A stretch of 64,000 bases of DNA from Podarcis tiliguerta (lineage: Eukaryota), in assembly GCA_965153285.1 (NCBI GenBank), contig OZ229111.1. One strand, given 5' to 3'. The position numbers and the translations under genes are program-made. Below the pieces are notes generated by a model. It made no database searches, had not been told where the DNA came from, and saw only the letters and a list, made by a program, of their open reading frames with translations. Positions 36,501 to 51,500 of the stretch are shown in pieces. Numbering within the stretch: position 1 is the first letter of the stretch; each line of letters starts with the position of its first letter.

Positions 36501-39500
36501 TTCTTCCTCCTTCCCCTAAGATGTCGTGTGGGGCAATCAAAACAAATGTTCTTGCAATAATGCAGTGTGAGCTGCCTCTCTGCATGGCATTTAATTACAT
36601 AGGGTTTTGTGGCACAATCTTGTCCGAAGGCCAAGATGTAAGGGGGACAATGAAGGACATAGCATGATGGTTATTGTGGTATTTGTGGTGATCATCAAAG
36701 CAGCAAAATGAGGAACTGACAAGTGCAGAAACATATATATAACCTGCTTGTTCAGTATGAACGTTATCAGCCTAGAGCATTCTTCTCCCAAGAATCCCTC
36801 TGCTGCTACAGAACCTGCTATAAACACTACAAAACTCATCATGCTGTGCTATTTTTTTCTCCCTCGAATCTTGCTCATCTTCAATTACCCTTTGAGGAAT
36901 ACTGAACAAGTTCTCTTTTGTCTATGCAAACACGCACCAGTATCTTATTAAGTAAGACCCTTCCCTGCCCTATTGCCCCAAAGTGAGGGGCTGGTACGCA
37001 CCTGTCACAAGAGGAGAATGGGGGAGAGAGGGCTCCAAGATTATAACAGGCTGCAGCCGAGTGGACAGTGGGTTCCCAGGCTCATGTTGCTCCAAGCTGG
37101 TTGGCAGGAAAACGGGCGCATGAGTGCTGGTCAGGACAGGCACCTTGTGAGCAAGGCCTGGGTGTGTCCGGTGATCTCCATCGCCCTACAGAGAGAGAAT
37201 TGGAGATGGTGGATCAAGAACACCTCCCTGAGACCTGAACCTGTTCACAAAGTTCTCAAAGCGATGAGGTGGGTGCAAAACAGGTGAGGTATGAGGGATT
37301 AGTTCAGATCAGGGGGTGGGCAGAAAGGAGATTGCAGAGGGAAGCAAGGAGATTCTGCCCCATAAAAATACTGTCACTGAAGCTTTTCTTCAGGAGAGAA
37401 TCTGAGTTTGCTACTCAGAGAACTGTAGAGTTGGAAGAGAACCCGAGGGGCATCCAGACCAGCCCTCAGCTGAAATCAATGGGCCTAACTTACTCATGCC
37501 CACTGGTTTCGGTGGGTCTACTCTGAGTAAACCACAGCAGAATACCACCCCCAGATCACTTGCCCCTTGACAATGCCTGGTACTCTAGAAACAGTCCCAG
37601 GTACACAGGAGAAGAGCCCTGCTGGATCAGGCCAAGGCCTAGAGAGGAACACAGGAAGCTGATTTAACCATTGGTCCATCTAGCTCAGCCTTGTCTGCAC
37701 TGACCAGCAGCAGCTCACCAGGGATTCAGGCAGGGTTTCCCCCTCCCCCAGCCTGGAGATGCCAGGGACTGAACCTTCTGCATGCAAAGCAGACCATCTA
37801 GCTCAGCTTTCTGTTTCCCACTGCAACCAACCCAGATGACTCCAGAAGCTTCTATCATGCTTGTCCCCTCGGCGAAGCCCCTCTAGACCTACCCTGGCAG
37901 ACGCTGCAGAAGTGGTCGGAAGTCCAAGAGTGAGTGCTGGGAGGGAGCCAGTGGTCTGAAGAGCAAACTGAGCCAATGAGCTCTCCTGCATTCTCAGGCG
38001 CTGAGCAAGGGGTGTCTGCATTAAAGACAGCAGGTGGGAGAATCAATCAACTTCAGCGACTTTCAAGCTTCTGGGCTCAAGGGGACGCATGAGCTGTCGC
38101 CAAGCAACCCCATTGTTGCTCTTCTGCCATAGAACCACTGCATGGTGGAGAGGATTCTGGGAGATCTGCTCAGGTTATGAATACCCTCTGACAGACCGGC
38201 TGGCCCTTCCCATCTGCATAAATCATGTGCGCCTGTGAGAACACTTCCCAGAATCCTCCGTCTGCAGGACATCCTCAGCAGATTTGCTGGCAGATTCTGG
38301 CTTTGATCTTGTTTGAATCTCAAGTCCACCCATTGATGCCCGTTCACCCTGATTCCACCACAGATTACAAAGGAGAACCAGCACAATGACATGTTTGCGT
38401 ATGGAAATGTGTATCCAACTGTATGTACAGCAACACATTTACTCACTTTCCAACTCTCCACTTTTCAACCACTTTGGTGTTGCAAAAGCAGAAGAAAGTT
38501 GACATATTTATGCCTTTCTGCCCCAATTTTCTAAGAAAGGGCCTCTACAATCACAAAAATACCATTGGCAATAACTTATTAACATAGGAAACTGCCTTAA
38601 ATGGATTCACACCACAGGTTGGTCTACATAACTCAGTATTGTCTACAATTCTACAGCTGAAAGGCAGGGGCTTCGCTGGGTTTCAGGCAGAGACTCTTTG
38701 CCCCCCCCTGCCTGAAGATGCAGGGGACTGAATGGGAGACCTTCTGCTTTTAAATATATGCTCAGCAACTGAGTTATGGCCCTTCTTCAAAATAAGAAGA
38801 AGAGGAGGAGGAGGAGGAGGAAGAAGAAGGAGGAGGAGAAGAAGAAAGATTTCGATTTCTTTTAAAAAGAAAGAAAAAAGCAGTAGATAAAATAGACGGG
38901 AAAAAACAGCTTAGCAAATGGACCTGCTGGAAGAGGCACAGTGGTGAAAATGACATTTTTTGCAATGGACTTAAAATTTGCCAAATCGTAGTGCAAATAA
39001 CCCTCAATTATAGGGTGAATGTTGTAAAACTTAGAGAAGATTGGAAGCTTTTGTGTGGGGAGAAGGGCTGACGAGGGAGTGAAACGGAGCCATTCTTACT
39101 AGAATTAAAATGATCAAAAGGCAGGTGGAAAGGTGTTTGGGTGTTAAAAGTCACAACTGCCTCTTTGTGTGATCCTGGTAGGTGGAAGCCAGCGTTGGGT
39201 AGGTGGGTGGGTGCAGAGCAGACCTAAGAAACCTGCTCTTCCTGCAAGTTTTCTTGGCTTACTGATCCCACAGGACCAATCACAGACTCCATGGGGATCA
39301 ACCCAAGTCTCCAGTCCTACAGGGTCCATACCTCTTGTGCAAGTCCTGGCGCGGCCGGCAGGGCTCCGTGCTCTGGCACCAGGCTGTCATTGGGTGAACT
39401 GCACCCAGACACTGGGGTGCTGCTGCTGCTGGGAGATGAATCTGCAGGTGAGAAAGAACATGCACGGCTTTGTCTACAGCAAGACCAGGACAAGCAAAGG

Positions 39501-42500
39501 AAGGGGAAAGAGAATGCTCAGGTACACAGTCATGGGAGGCTTGAGGATTACTGGAGGAATGCCGTAAGTCTTGGATGCAGTCATGATCAGGTATGGAGAG
39601 CCTGTGGTCCACCAGATGTTGTGTGACTTTCAGTTCCCATCAGCCCCAGCCAGCATGCCCAATGGTCAGCGATGATGAGAGTGGTACTTGGAGGGGGACA
39701 GGTTTCTCATCCTTGGTTCATGCCACACAGGTATGGTGAACCAATCATGCAGGTTCACCATGAAGTTAAGCAGGTTCTATTTTGTTTATTTTTAAGATTT
39801 CTTACTCACCTTTTATCATACCGTCCCAGGGTGGGTTATGACAATATGGTATGCAATTATAAAAATGTGGAAGAGTTACAAGTATCAAACAAGTAAAATG
39901 GTTTTAACCAGAGCAGTATAAATTCAGGAAGTGTCATTCCCCTGTGCAAACAGATGCACATGATATGTGATACCTCTACCCAGCCGCATGAACTTCATTC
40001 TGTCCCAGATTCCCAGGTTTGCACCCAAACCCCAACAGTATTTCATAGCTCAGTCCTCCTTGGGGTGTGTTTTTCTTTAGGTTCCCCCCCGCCTTACAGG
40101 ATTATTTTCTTACGGGGGGGGGGGCACTTTTGCCATCTTTCGGGTTCCGCTGAGCTTTTCATTTAATAAATAAAAATAACTGTGTTGTGGGGGTTATTGT
40201 TTTTGCTTGTTACTATGTTGTATACTTTTGTGTTGTCATATCGTAAACCACCCTGTGATCCTTGGACGAAAGGGGCAGGGAATAAATCCAATAAATAATA
40301 ATTAAATTTAATAAATAATAATAAATTTGATACTTCTCCCTTATGGGCAACACCAGGATCCACACTCATTATTTGTGCATACTGGATAACTCTGACCACA
40401 ACCACACTGGACTGTTGTAAGGCAAGCCTGCATAGCTTGTGACCCGTCAGCTATACACAGTGGAAATATCAGGAGCTCCCATATTCACTGGCACTGAAAC
40501 GAAGGGGGAAGCTAAGCTTGGGGTGAGCAAGTTCCCCAGACCTCTGTTTCAAATGGGCTCATCTCAGCTGACTGAATGTGGGCTTCCTCACAAATAAGCT
40601 CATTCTTAGCTCAGCTGCGTCACAAACTATGGTCCCGCTGCATTCCCAACAAAGGCAGTTAATGAACCCCGGAGCATCCTCATGGCAATGGATGCTCCAT
40701 AGCAAGACCACACCCACCAGACTCTTACCAATGGCTTCTGCTGGGCGCCTCTTCAAGGAAGGGGGTGCACTCTCCTTGCGCGTCAGTGGGTTTTTGCGCC
40801 GCTCGCCGGCCTTCTTTGTCTTGTAGCGCAACTTCAGGTTGGGTTCAGACGCTGAAGCAAATTCAGGAAAGAAGGTGAGAACCACCCTATTTGACAGCTG
40901 GAGGTCAGGAAGTGCACTGGCCAGTGAGTCTTTGCTCTGGCAAGGCAGGCTCAGCACAAAGGTTGGGGAAGAGAACCTCCCCAACTCCACAATGGGGAAG
41001 ATGCAGGGCTGGTGGAACCAAGGCCAGCCCAAAACCCAGGACCTCTGCTAGTCTCTGAGGCAGAGAATCCAAATGTATGCCATAAGGTGGATTTGAATGA
41101 ATAAAGGTGATAGGCAACATCTGCAGACAGCACAATCCCATTTCTCATCTCATCTCATCTCACATTGGATGGTCATCTGTCATGGATGCTTTAGTTGAGA
41201 TTCCTGCATTGCAGGGGCTGAACTAGATGACCCTTGGGGTCCCTTCTGTCTCTACAGTTCTTACTGTCATCACCCTTATCATTACTACTAGACTGAAGGG
41301 GTGAGGAGGCCAAAGGATCTGCCCTCTCAGCAGAGGTGGTGGGGAGGCCCCTCTGAAGCTAGCCTGCATGAGACTGCATGAAAAGTTGCTGGTGCACACA
41401 CATCTTAAGAGACCTCCAGGCTTTCCCTCGATTGTTCTATACTTCCAATGCAGCTAGAATTTCTCTAATGCTTCCTGCCTGTTACCCTTGAGTCTCCCTA
41501 ATTATGACATTGTTTTTGTATAGCCCTGTTTTCTTCTTTGTAAGCCACTTTGAGCATAATCTGTTTGTGTGTGTGGAAAAGCAGCAGACAAAAATATGAA
41601 TGATTGAATGATTAACCCAGCAGCCATGTGTCTCACAGATAAGCCGTAGATCACATTTCTCTCCAGGTCAGGAAAACCAGGTTTCTGCAGATCAGACCAA
41701 GGCTGGCAGCCCTGTCCTCCTTGCCCCTCCCTGGTTCACCTGGCAAACCCCACAAAAATGCTCTCTTCCTCCTCACCTGTTTTCCTCAGTGGAAAGTGCT
41801 CTGGGGAGTCTCCGGAGCTGTTGGAGACAGGAGGGAAGAAACTGGGGAGGGCAGGGTTGGATGGGCCTTCATGTTCCATCGGTTCCAAAGATCTGCATGG
41901 AGGAGAAGAGAGAGCTTTGCTGCTGACTAGGTTTGACCTGAGCCACATTGTGGTTAAGGGAATGAGCAACCAGGGAGGAAGTTTGCACTTCAAATTTCAC
42001 CTCAGCTGTGAACTATGGCTGGAGACGGACAGTTGCTGTGTCAAATCTGGTATTGCACATTTACCTCTAAAGTATTTATACCCCTCAGAGCTGGAGATGC
42101 TGGGGATTGAGGTATCACCTTTTGTATACAAAGTGTTTTCTCTACCACTGAGCTTGGCTCGTGTGTGCCCCCCCCCGCAAAGTTCATCCATCCAGGAGCA
42201 GCTAATGTCACTCTTGCAGCCAAGAAAGGACACTTCATACACAGCACTTTTCCTTCCTATCTCCAGCAACATTGCATGGGAAGTGACAGTCAAAACGGGT
42301 CTTCTTCCCAATGACTTAGAACAGCCTTCACCAACTTGGCACATTCCAGTCTATTTGGACTTCAACTCCCATCATCCCCAGCCAGCACCGGCGGGGACTG
42401 ATGGGCACTATGTTGGCTAAGGCTGGCTTACACTTTCATACTTCTGTGCAAACGAATGACATTCTATTTGAGATGTGAAAGTTGGGTGGTTTAGGGCTCT

Positions 42501-45500
42501 CCATGTGATCAGTGCCTCAGATTTATTAGACCTACTTGGGATATAGGTCAGCGACCTTTGACTCAGTTCCCATACTTCTATCATCCCAAACCAAAACCTT
42601 CCACACATTCTGACTTAAAAGCTTTAGACGCAACGTCACAGAGCACTACAGAATGGAAGACCAAATTAAATTATGCAGAATTTTCCAGCGCTCTTTCTAG
42701 TTATGCTCTTGTGAAAAACTTCATGCTCTTGTGAAAAACTTGGCTGACATGACTTTATCGGTTTGGAGGGTAAACAGGTCTTGCAGGTTTGGGCAGTGCA
42801 TTCTGAAAACCTGTCAAACATCTTTGACTGGAGAAGGAAGTGGGGAAAAGAGATTTGTGTGGATGACATCAGCAACGGTACTTCTATCACACCACTTTAA
42901 ACTCGCTTCCAAACAGCAGTGCTTCTCCAACCTTAGCCACTATCTCTCAGCCTCAGCCCTTCACTTGCAACAAGGAGATGAGAATACTGGCCTGTCTTAC
43001 AGGACTGTTGCTAAGGCTGACTTTGAGCACTTAGAAAAAGCACTACAGGGATCTTTGCAGCTGGACTCAGGATGAAAGCCCACTGAGTTCAAGAGGATTA
43101 CTCCTGCACTAGCATGCGTAAAACTTAAGTACGTCTGCCCCCTGAGTCCTGCCACCCACCCACCGGCAGAGCAGCCTTCTCCAACCTGGTGGCTTCTAGA
43201 TGTTGCTGGACTACAACTCCCATCATCTGTGACCACTGGCCATGCTGGCTGGAACTGATGGCGTTGTAATCCAAAACCTTTGGAGGACATCAGGTTGACG
43301 GGCTACTACAGGTTTTCTTTCTTCCAGATGTGGAGAGCAGCTAGCACAGCAAAAACCCCCCTCCAATTCTTTTTGGGTTTGGAGATACATCTGGAAATGT
43401 GTCTCCAGACTAAGCAACTGTTGTGGGCACCATATAACACTCCTTTAACCAAAGAAAAACTGGTGATGCTGGCAAGAGGCAACACATCTACAAACACCCC
43501 AAAACAAAACAAAAAAGCAGGCAATACCCACCCCATAAACCCTGGTACCCCCATTCCAAAAAATAAAACATTTTAAAAAGAAAATATTTGGGATGAGTGG
43601 AATAGGATGGATGTTTCTGATGGTGTTCATGGGCAAGATCAGATCAGAAGGAGCAGAAGTCCTTTTCCACATGAACCTTCCTGACCAGGACCATGAGAAA
43701 TGACAGGCACTCACAGGGTATGTATGCATGTATATGGCCAGCACTTCTTTGTGACATAACCCTGAATGCTGGTAATGTAAATGGGCCAACCACTCTGTCA
43801 CAGGGTGTAAGAATAGAAGTGAAAGCAGGTCACTGGAGATGTGCCCAGGCAAGGCAATGGTGTGCCAAGAGCCAGAGCACGGGAGGTGGGAGGTGTAATG
43901 CCAGACAGGCTAATCATGATCCCAGGGGTGTGTGAACTGGCTCAGTTTTGCCAGCACACCAAACACCCACAGAAAGCAGGTGGAGGATTATGGAGATGTA
44001 GAACCAAGTGCATGAAAAATAACACAGAACCAAGATATGAAGCAGGATCCTATGCATGTTTACGTGGAAATACAACCCTATTAAGGCATCACAACCACTA
44101 TATTTAAGCAACTTGTGTTGGGGGGCAGCATATGGGCATGTGCACCAGCCCCACCCTCTACCCTCTGACTTCCCTGCTTGAGCAGGGAGCTCTGAAGGGG
44201 ATTTTTTTAGATTATTCCTCATGACAGGGAACTCTGATAATTCAGGGTTCCCAACCGTGGGAAGGCCAGGGTGGAGCAGCTCAAGAAGGGTGTGGAACAC
44301 ACACTGTCCACAAGCTGCTTAAACACAGAACAGAGCCTGAATGTGGCTTTTATTCAGTGGGCCTTGCCCAAGGACCAGGAGCATGCAGGATTGTCTTCTT
44401 CATCCAGAATGTCCATTCTAGCCAATGGAGGTTCAATGTTCATAATATGGGTGCAGAAAATGATATGAGCATATGCTGTGTGTGAAAATGGTGTAAATCA
44501 AGGGCGCTCACATCTGGATAAATCAGGGTGAAACCCAGGGTATAAAATCAACCCAACCAGCTGGAGATCAATAGCCAAGCCATCCCTGCTTTACATTCTT
44601 TGGGGTTTGGGCTTTAACAAGAACTGAGACCTGGCATAGGACACAGCCAGCACACATGTATGTATTGACCCATATGCGTCTACAACCAGATCACCTGTAT
44701 GTAATGACTGGTGCATTGGTCCTTTCCAGAGCGGCCTGCTGTTTCTTCAGGATGACCTCAGCCAGCTTCTGCTTCACAACCATACTCGCTACAGCACCTG
44801 TTGAGCAAAAAACCGTCATGAGACGATGCCACCGAGACACAGCTCAGAGCCGTCTTTAGCACCTGCCACCCATCGGAATTAGGCTTCAGCTCCTTTCAGC
44901 AAAAGCCACAGCCCCTGAAGCTGCATCAACCCACTGGTAGAAAATCACTGGGAATTTGATTAAACTCAAAATGCATGCTAACGCTTTTCAATAACTAATT
45001 AAAGAATGGATTCACTTAAGAAGATTGTGTGCTTTAAAGGAAACAGCTTGCCATTCTCACTTTTCAAAAGAGACATTTGGTAGGACATGAAGGCAAATGT
45101 TCCCCCCTTTAATTCTCATAATGCGGTAATAGTAAGTTGCAAAAGTTAGCAACACACCAAGTTTTTTCTCTTTGTCATAGGAAGTCACCTTAATTCAACT
45201 CAGACCAATGGGCCCACCTACCACAGTATTGTATATATACCAAGGATGGGGAACCTGTGCACCTCTGGATGTTGTTAGACTCCAACTCCCATCATCTCTG
45301 ACCACTGGTCCTGCTAGCCAGTGCTCCCCCCCCCCACCTCAAGAGTACGCAGTGCCGACACCTCATTTTTGTTGTTAAATTTGTGGCACTTTGAGAAACA
45401 CTACTTTAAGGGGAAACACGCTCAGAACTTGGATGAGGCCACCCTTCCTGTGTCTCCCCAAGAACCAGCTTGCTGTTTCCAGTATCAGAACTGTGCTGTG

Positions 45501-48500
45501 CCATTCTGGGGCACAGCACCACCTCCAAAGTGCTGACACAGCATGGGAAGTGACTGAGAGGAATTCCCAGGGGTGTCTCTCAGCAGACCCCAGAGGTGTG
45601 AGTGCAAGCCAGAAAGTAGGCTGCTTCCAATAACTATAAAACCACCCCAGCAGAGTGCTATGGATGGGCCTTGGGCCAAGGGGCTGAAGTTCACATTCCT
45701 CCTAGCCAAGGACTGCCTAGGTCACCGTCTCAGCCTCAGTTCCCTATGTGTAAAACAGGTGCATTACTGACCCAGCTCACAATGGTGGTTGTGAAATGAG
45801 TGGCATGTATGGATATTGTAAAGTTACATTTTTTTATTTTTTAAAAAATAATCAGTGCAAGAACATTACAGCCCCACTAGATAAGAAATTCCATTTACAA
45901 TAGAGTAAATCTGCCATCCTCAGCTAAAGACAGGGATTTCAGATTTATATTGTATCCTTTCATCTGCCTATACTGTCACTACCAAATGCTTTTTATTAAT
46001 ACAATGTGATGGCGGCAGCCCTATGCCAACTCAATGGGACTTCTTTCTGAGTTGCAACATATAGGATTGGACTCTGCAATGTGTATTTTTCTTTCTCTAC
46101 TATAATTTATGCTGTGTATGATGCACACTGAATGCTCACTGGAAGGACAGATTGTGAAGCTGAGGCTCCAATACTTTGGCCACCTCATGAGAAGAAAAGA
46201 CTCCCTGGAAAAGACCCTGATGTTGGGGAAGATGGAGGGCACAAGGAGAAGGGGACGACAGAGGACGAGATGGTTGGACAGTGTTCTCGAAGCTACGAAC
46301 ATGAGCCTGACCAAACTGTGGGAGGCAGTGGAAGACAGGAGTGCCTGGCGTGCTCTGGTCCATGGGGTCACGAAGAGTCGGACACGACTAAACGACTAAA
46401 CAACATGATGCACACACACAAACACCAGACCCCCAGGTATATAAATTCAATAAATAAAAATAAAATAGGAGAGTTGTATCTATCCAGGAAGAAACAGGTG
46501 CAAGCCAGCCCATTGTTCTAATTTTGAAAAATCTCAGGATCTTATGCAGATCCTATGATCTGCAGGGCTGCTTTGAGTGTTATTATCTGAAAACAACAAC
46601 AGCTGGGTGTAACTTTCTGAGTCACTCCTTGGTCTGAAAAACATTTGAGATTACAATGTTCAAATGGTGCAGGCTCCAGACCTCAGAAGCTTCCTCTCCT
46701 GATGATACTTGGCTACCACAATGCGCATGAAGACGTATTCTAGGAAATGGTGGGAGATGCAGCTGCTCTCCATTTTAGAATCTGTGGGGTTGAACACACT
46801 TACAATGCAAGAGCAACACAGCTCACTTGGACCATTAAGCAGTGCATCACATGGGCTGAGACTAAGGGAGAAGAAGCTTCAAACAACAGGTGATTTGAAG
46901 GAAGGGAAAACAGAAACCCGTGAAACAGGGAAGGTGCAGCTCTAGAGCTGGACGCTAGATGGCAGGAAGGGTTAACATATGGGGACCAATGCCATCAGAA
47001 GTATGAGAAATTGGTTGCCACTGACATGGACCACCTAAATATCTTAGAAATGCAAGAGACCTAAATTAGCTGGCTACTGAGGCAGGGCCATCCACCAGTT
47101 TCCTTTCCTGATCAACCACCAAACTCATCCATCTGCTTCCGAATAGTCCTGCCGGTCAACTCACAGGCTCCATCCACACACTCACTTCAGCTTATTTTTA
47201 TTAATTTATTGATTTATTTGATTTATATACCTCCCTTCATCATAAGATCTCCAGGCGGTTCACAGAATAAAATACGGGATAAATACAGGAGTGCTGCCCC
47301 TCATGGCCTTTTCCACACTACTGGCCAATGCACGACAACCAGTTACACTGAATTACAGCAGGGGGTGGGCTTCATGTGGCCCTTGGATGAAATTTCATGT
47401 GAGTGGCAAGGAGCAGAGGATGGGTAGCAGAAAGAGACAAAATGGAGCACCAGCCTGCAGCCCCTGACAGATCAGCCCTGCCCCCAAAGAGAATGCAGCC
47501 CTCAAAAGAGAATTACGGGCCAATCCTTTGAAGGATGCCAGAAAGTGCATGGGGCGAATTGTTCATTCCACCCACCGGGGATGTAAAGAAGCTGGAGTCA
47601 GACTTACAGGAAGATACAACCAGGCTAAAGATTAAGAAATGCCACTAGCTTCCTACCTTGCCAGCAGCACAACTGTGGAGGCGAATCACCAAGATGTGAG
47701 TCATCAAATGGGACATGTGGTTTGTCCCAGTTAACTCTGATATTCTGTATCAAAAGCAGGGACTGTGGATCCTTGGCCCTCCAGATTTTGTTCAACTCCA
47801 TCTCCCATCAGCCACAGGAAGCATGGACAGGGATGATGGGAGTTCTAGTCCAGCAGCATCTGGAGTGCCACATGTTCTCTGCTCCTGGGCTAAAGCATTC
47901 CTGCAGATAGGCTCCCAAACCTGCCTAGCAAGGAGATTCCAGAACCCAACCCATGCAGTTTTCTCTGCTACTAGGCTGCTCTTCAGCCTGGTTCACACAT
48001 TTCTGGAGTGCTGTGGTTGCTTCTTCTTGGGTCTTGATCCTACGCAGTTTGGGAAGCTGGGAATCATGTGGGATGGGTGCAGCACATGGGTACTACCCAT
48101 GGCAGCAGCTCCGAACCTCCAAACCTGAGAGCCATAATCTACCTCATCCCATGATTCCAGGATTCCTTCTTCACTGGAACATCACAGGAGAAAGCCATGG
48201 GAAGTGGCCATTGTGCCATTCCAGGAACACACCAGTCGTGAGCTAAAGTAGTCCAGCAATGGAGTAAATCACCAAATGGAGGAAGCTATAGAATCTCTTG
48301 GCTGGGCAGTTTCATGGCACAGTTGGGTAGGCATCTGCCAGGAATGCTTGAGACATAGGATATCCTGTCTCGCGGCCACGAGGGCGAGTTACACAGCTTA
48401 TTTATTTCCTTGCACTGCTGTGCTTCACGGAGGGCTGCCACACTGCTCAAGTACACACCGTGACACACCCTATTTCATTGAGCATCAGCCTGCCCCATGA

Positions 48501-51500
48501 TTGCTTGTATCGCCTGGACCACTATATGCCACGAGGGAAGTGCAGGCAGGAACACAAAGTGCTCCAGGAAGGTGCTGGCTGAGCTAAGAACAGCAGGTGC
48601 CTAGGAGGATGCTGAGCTCTGGTCACCCATTTCTCCTGTGCTTCCAAATTTAACATGTGTCATAGACTATGCCACGTCTCCGCAGGCTGGTGCTCTTCTG
48701 ATGTTTTGGATTATGACACCCATCAGCTGTAGCCAGCATGGCCAATGATCAGTGATGATGGGAGCTGTAGTCTGAAAGAGCTGGCAGGGACCAGGATGGA
48801 GAAGGCTGGGCACCGTCATGTGCGCTGTGCTCTTGTATCAAGACTGGGGCTGTAAACCGAGGGGCAGAAGGACACAGCACACTCAGAACCAAAGCCTTTA
48901 CTTCTTTGGCAGCTCCCAAGTCGAAAGAGGAAGCCTTTTATAGGCCTTCCTGTCTAGAACTGCCCAAAGGCCAGCCACGGTGGGCAGGGCCAGTCCTGAT
49001 CCTTAGAATACTTACTACCAAGGAAGCAGCTCTAAGCTGTAGTTCCCATAGTTCACCACATGGAGCAGCAGTACACAGAATGGGCAATGGGAAAAGATCC
49101 CTTTAGGACCAATGGAAGCTTTCCCCCTATCACTAATTGCAGTACACAGAGGGGTTGCTATTGCAATGGAAGTTGTGGAGGAAAGGGTTAAATCTCCCAT
49201 TTCCCTGTGCTGTGGTCCCAAAGGAAATCATTACTCCTGTTCTTGCTATAAAATGAACAAACAGCACTGTCATGACCACCAGTGACACATTTAATGCCCG
49301 TACTCTCCAGGAGCTCAGCAAAGGTCTGACAAAGTCTACTGTCTGTCTCCCCCACCCCACCCCCCACCTGGAGGTGTTTGGGATTGAATCTGGGATCTTC
49401 TGTACACAAAGCATGAAGTCTACCACTGAGCTATGGCCCTTCCCAGGAGCATGAGAATTCATGTGTGCAGGGATCTATGGAGCCTCTGAATTCTGTGCTT
49501 TTCTTAATGGTTGCTTAAGGGTGACTGCTGAAGAGACCACTCTTCCCACTGTTTTTAATACCTGCTGTTGAGAAGCAACTTGGTTCAAAACACAATGAGT
49601 GTTTTCTTACTGATGATTTTGGGGGAGCAAGTTCACCCTTTCGGCTCCCTCATCACCTTGCTGAAGAAGCCTTGGTATGACTGGTCCATCTGCATCCCTG
49701 ACGAATGACGAATGTGCCCAATGGAACATGCTGGTTACATGGAAATGTCCTGCATCTTACAAAACTGCATCTGTTAGTGGCCAAAGGAGGTGGGGGGGGC
49801 ACTCAGCCAGCAAACATTTTTGCATGCCGTGAAGCCTCTTCCAATTTTGTACTGCATTGACACACCCACACCTGTTCCTAGGCAAGCTCTGAGATGCTGG
49901 AGTAACACAGCACAGATGGGAGCTATATCTGCCTCACATCAACACTGCAGGCAGCAAACGACTATTGCCAAAGCAGGCAAGTTTCTCAACACTTGTGGGA
50001 TTTTTGCTCTGTTACAATATCCATACGTTAAAAAAGGTGGGGGGAAGCAGCAGACATCTAGCGCAATGTTCAGGCAGCCTTATCATGACTCCTGCATGCC
50101 AGGCAGACAGGAAGAGATGGAATTAGCGATAGGAGGGTCTGAGAAAAACAACACTGGAGGAAAAGGAGGGCGGTTTGCTTATTTTTCATTTCCCCGTTTC
50201 CTGGTTTAACCTTCCTCTGCATTTGTGGTTGCAGCTTAGCCCCAAGGATTATACAAAGGATCTAAAATTCCCACCCACCTGTAGGAATTTCATATTTCAT
50301 TAGTTCTCTCAATTTTTAAGGGGGTTAATTTTTGAGGTGTTTCACTTCTCCCTGCTTTGGATCTGTACCATGTATGCTTACATTTAAGGGGTTAATGAAA
50401 TGGGAAATGGGGTCAGTTAGATCCCAACACAAGTAAATGAGGAGGGGGACGGAAACCTACCTCCAATGTGCTGAGGGTCTCCCCCCCACCCCCAAATTTC
50501 ACATAACATTATGTTAAAGCCTTCCAAATCGCCTTGTGATTCTTTTTGACAGTTTATGGTATGTCACAATGAAAACAATAAGGAGTATTGTGGTAACTTA
50601 AAGAAACAGTAGCTGCATCCAAACAAAGTTGGTTACACTCAGGTCTCACTGAAGTCAATGTGAAAAGTTGGTCATGTCTGAATAATCATTGGTTTCAATG
50701 GAAAGTGCAACTAACACTGTCAGGATCCAACCCCTGATTGTGCCATTAGCTTTCATAGGCACTAAACCACTGAGCCTCTTGGGCTTGCCAATCAGAAGGT
50801 TGGCAGTTCCTTCAGAAACTGAAGGTACATTCTTTCACCTTTGGTGGACGTGCCCAAGGCTTTTTGGAAGATGATATATAATGAAATGAAAAAGGTATTT
50901 AAATATACCTTCCAGAAGAAACCAGAGGCCTTTCTTCTGGGCATGGTTGGCCAATTGGTGTTAAAGAAAGACAGATCTTTCTTTATGTATGCTACAACAG
51001 CAGCAAGAATACTCATCGCGAAGTATTGGAAGACACAAGAACTACCCACTCTGGAAGAATGGCAGATGAAGGTGATGGAGTATATGGAATTGGCGGAAAT
51101 GACTGGCAGAATCCGAGACCAGGGAGAAGAGCTGGTGGAAGAAGATTGGAAGAAATTTAAAGACTATCTACAGAAATATTGCAAAATTAATGAATGTTAG
51201 AATGATGTTGGATTGAGGTTAAGGGGTTTTTAGCAATAATGTTATGAAAGAATATGCAAAAATGGAATGTTAACAGGTGGAAAATTAAAGCTATAATATA
51301 TTAAGATCAAGATTAAGATAAAGGTAAAGAGGGAAAGGATTTGCTGAATAAATAAATTGAATTGGAATACAAAGAGGGGAGGTGTGGGGAGGTCCGAGAA
51401 ATAAGCAAATGCAAGATATGTTATGAAAGATTGAACTGTTTTTAATTGCTTTTTATTTTTGTATTTTTCTTTTTTCTTTTTGTGAAAATCTTAATAAAAT

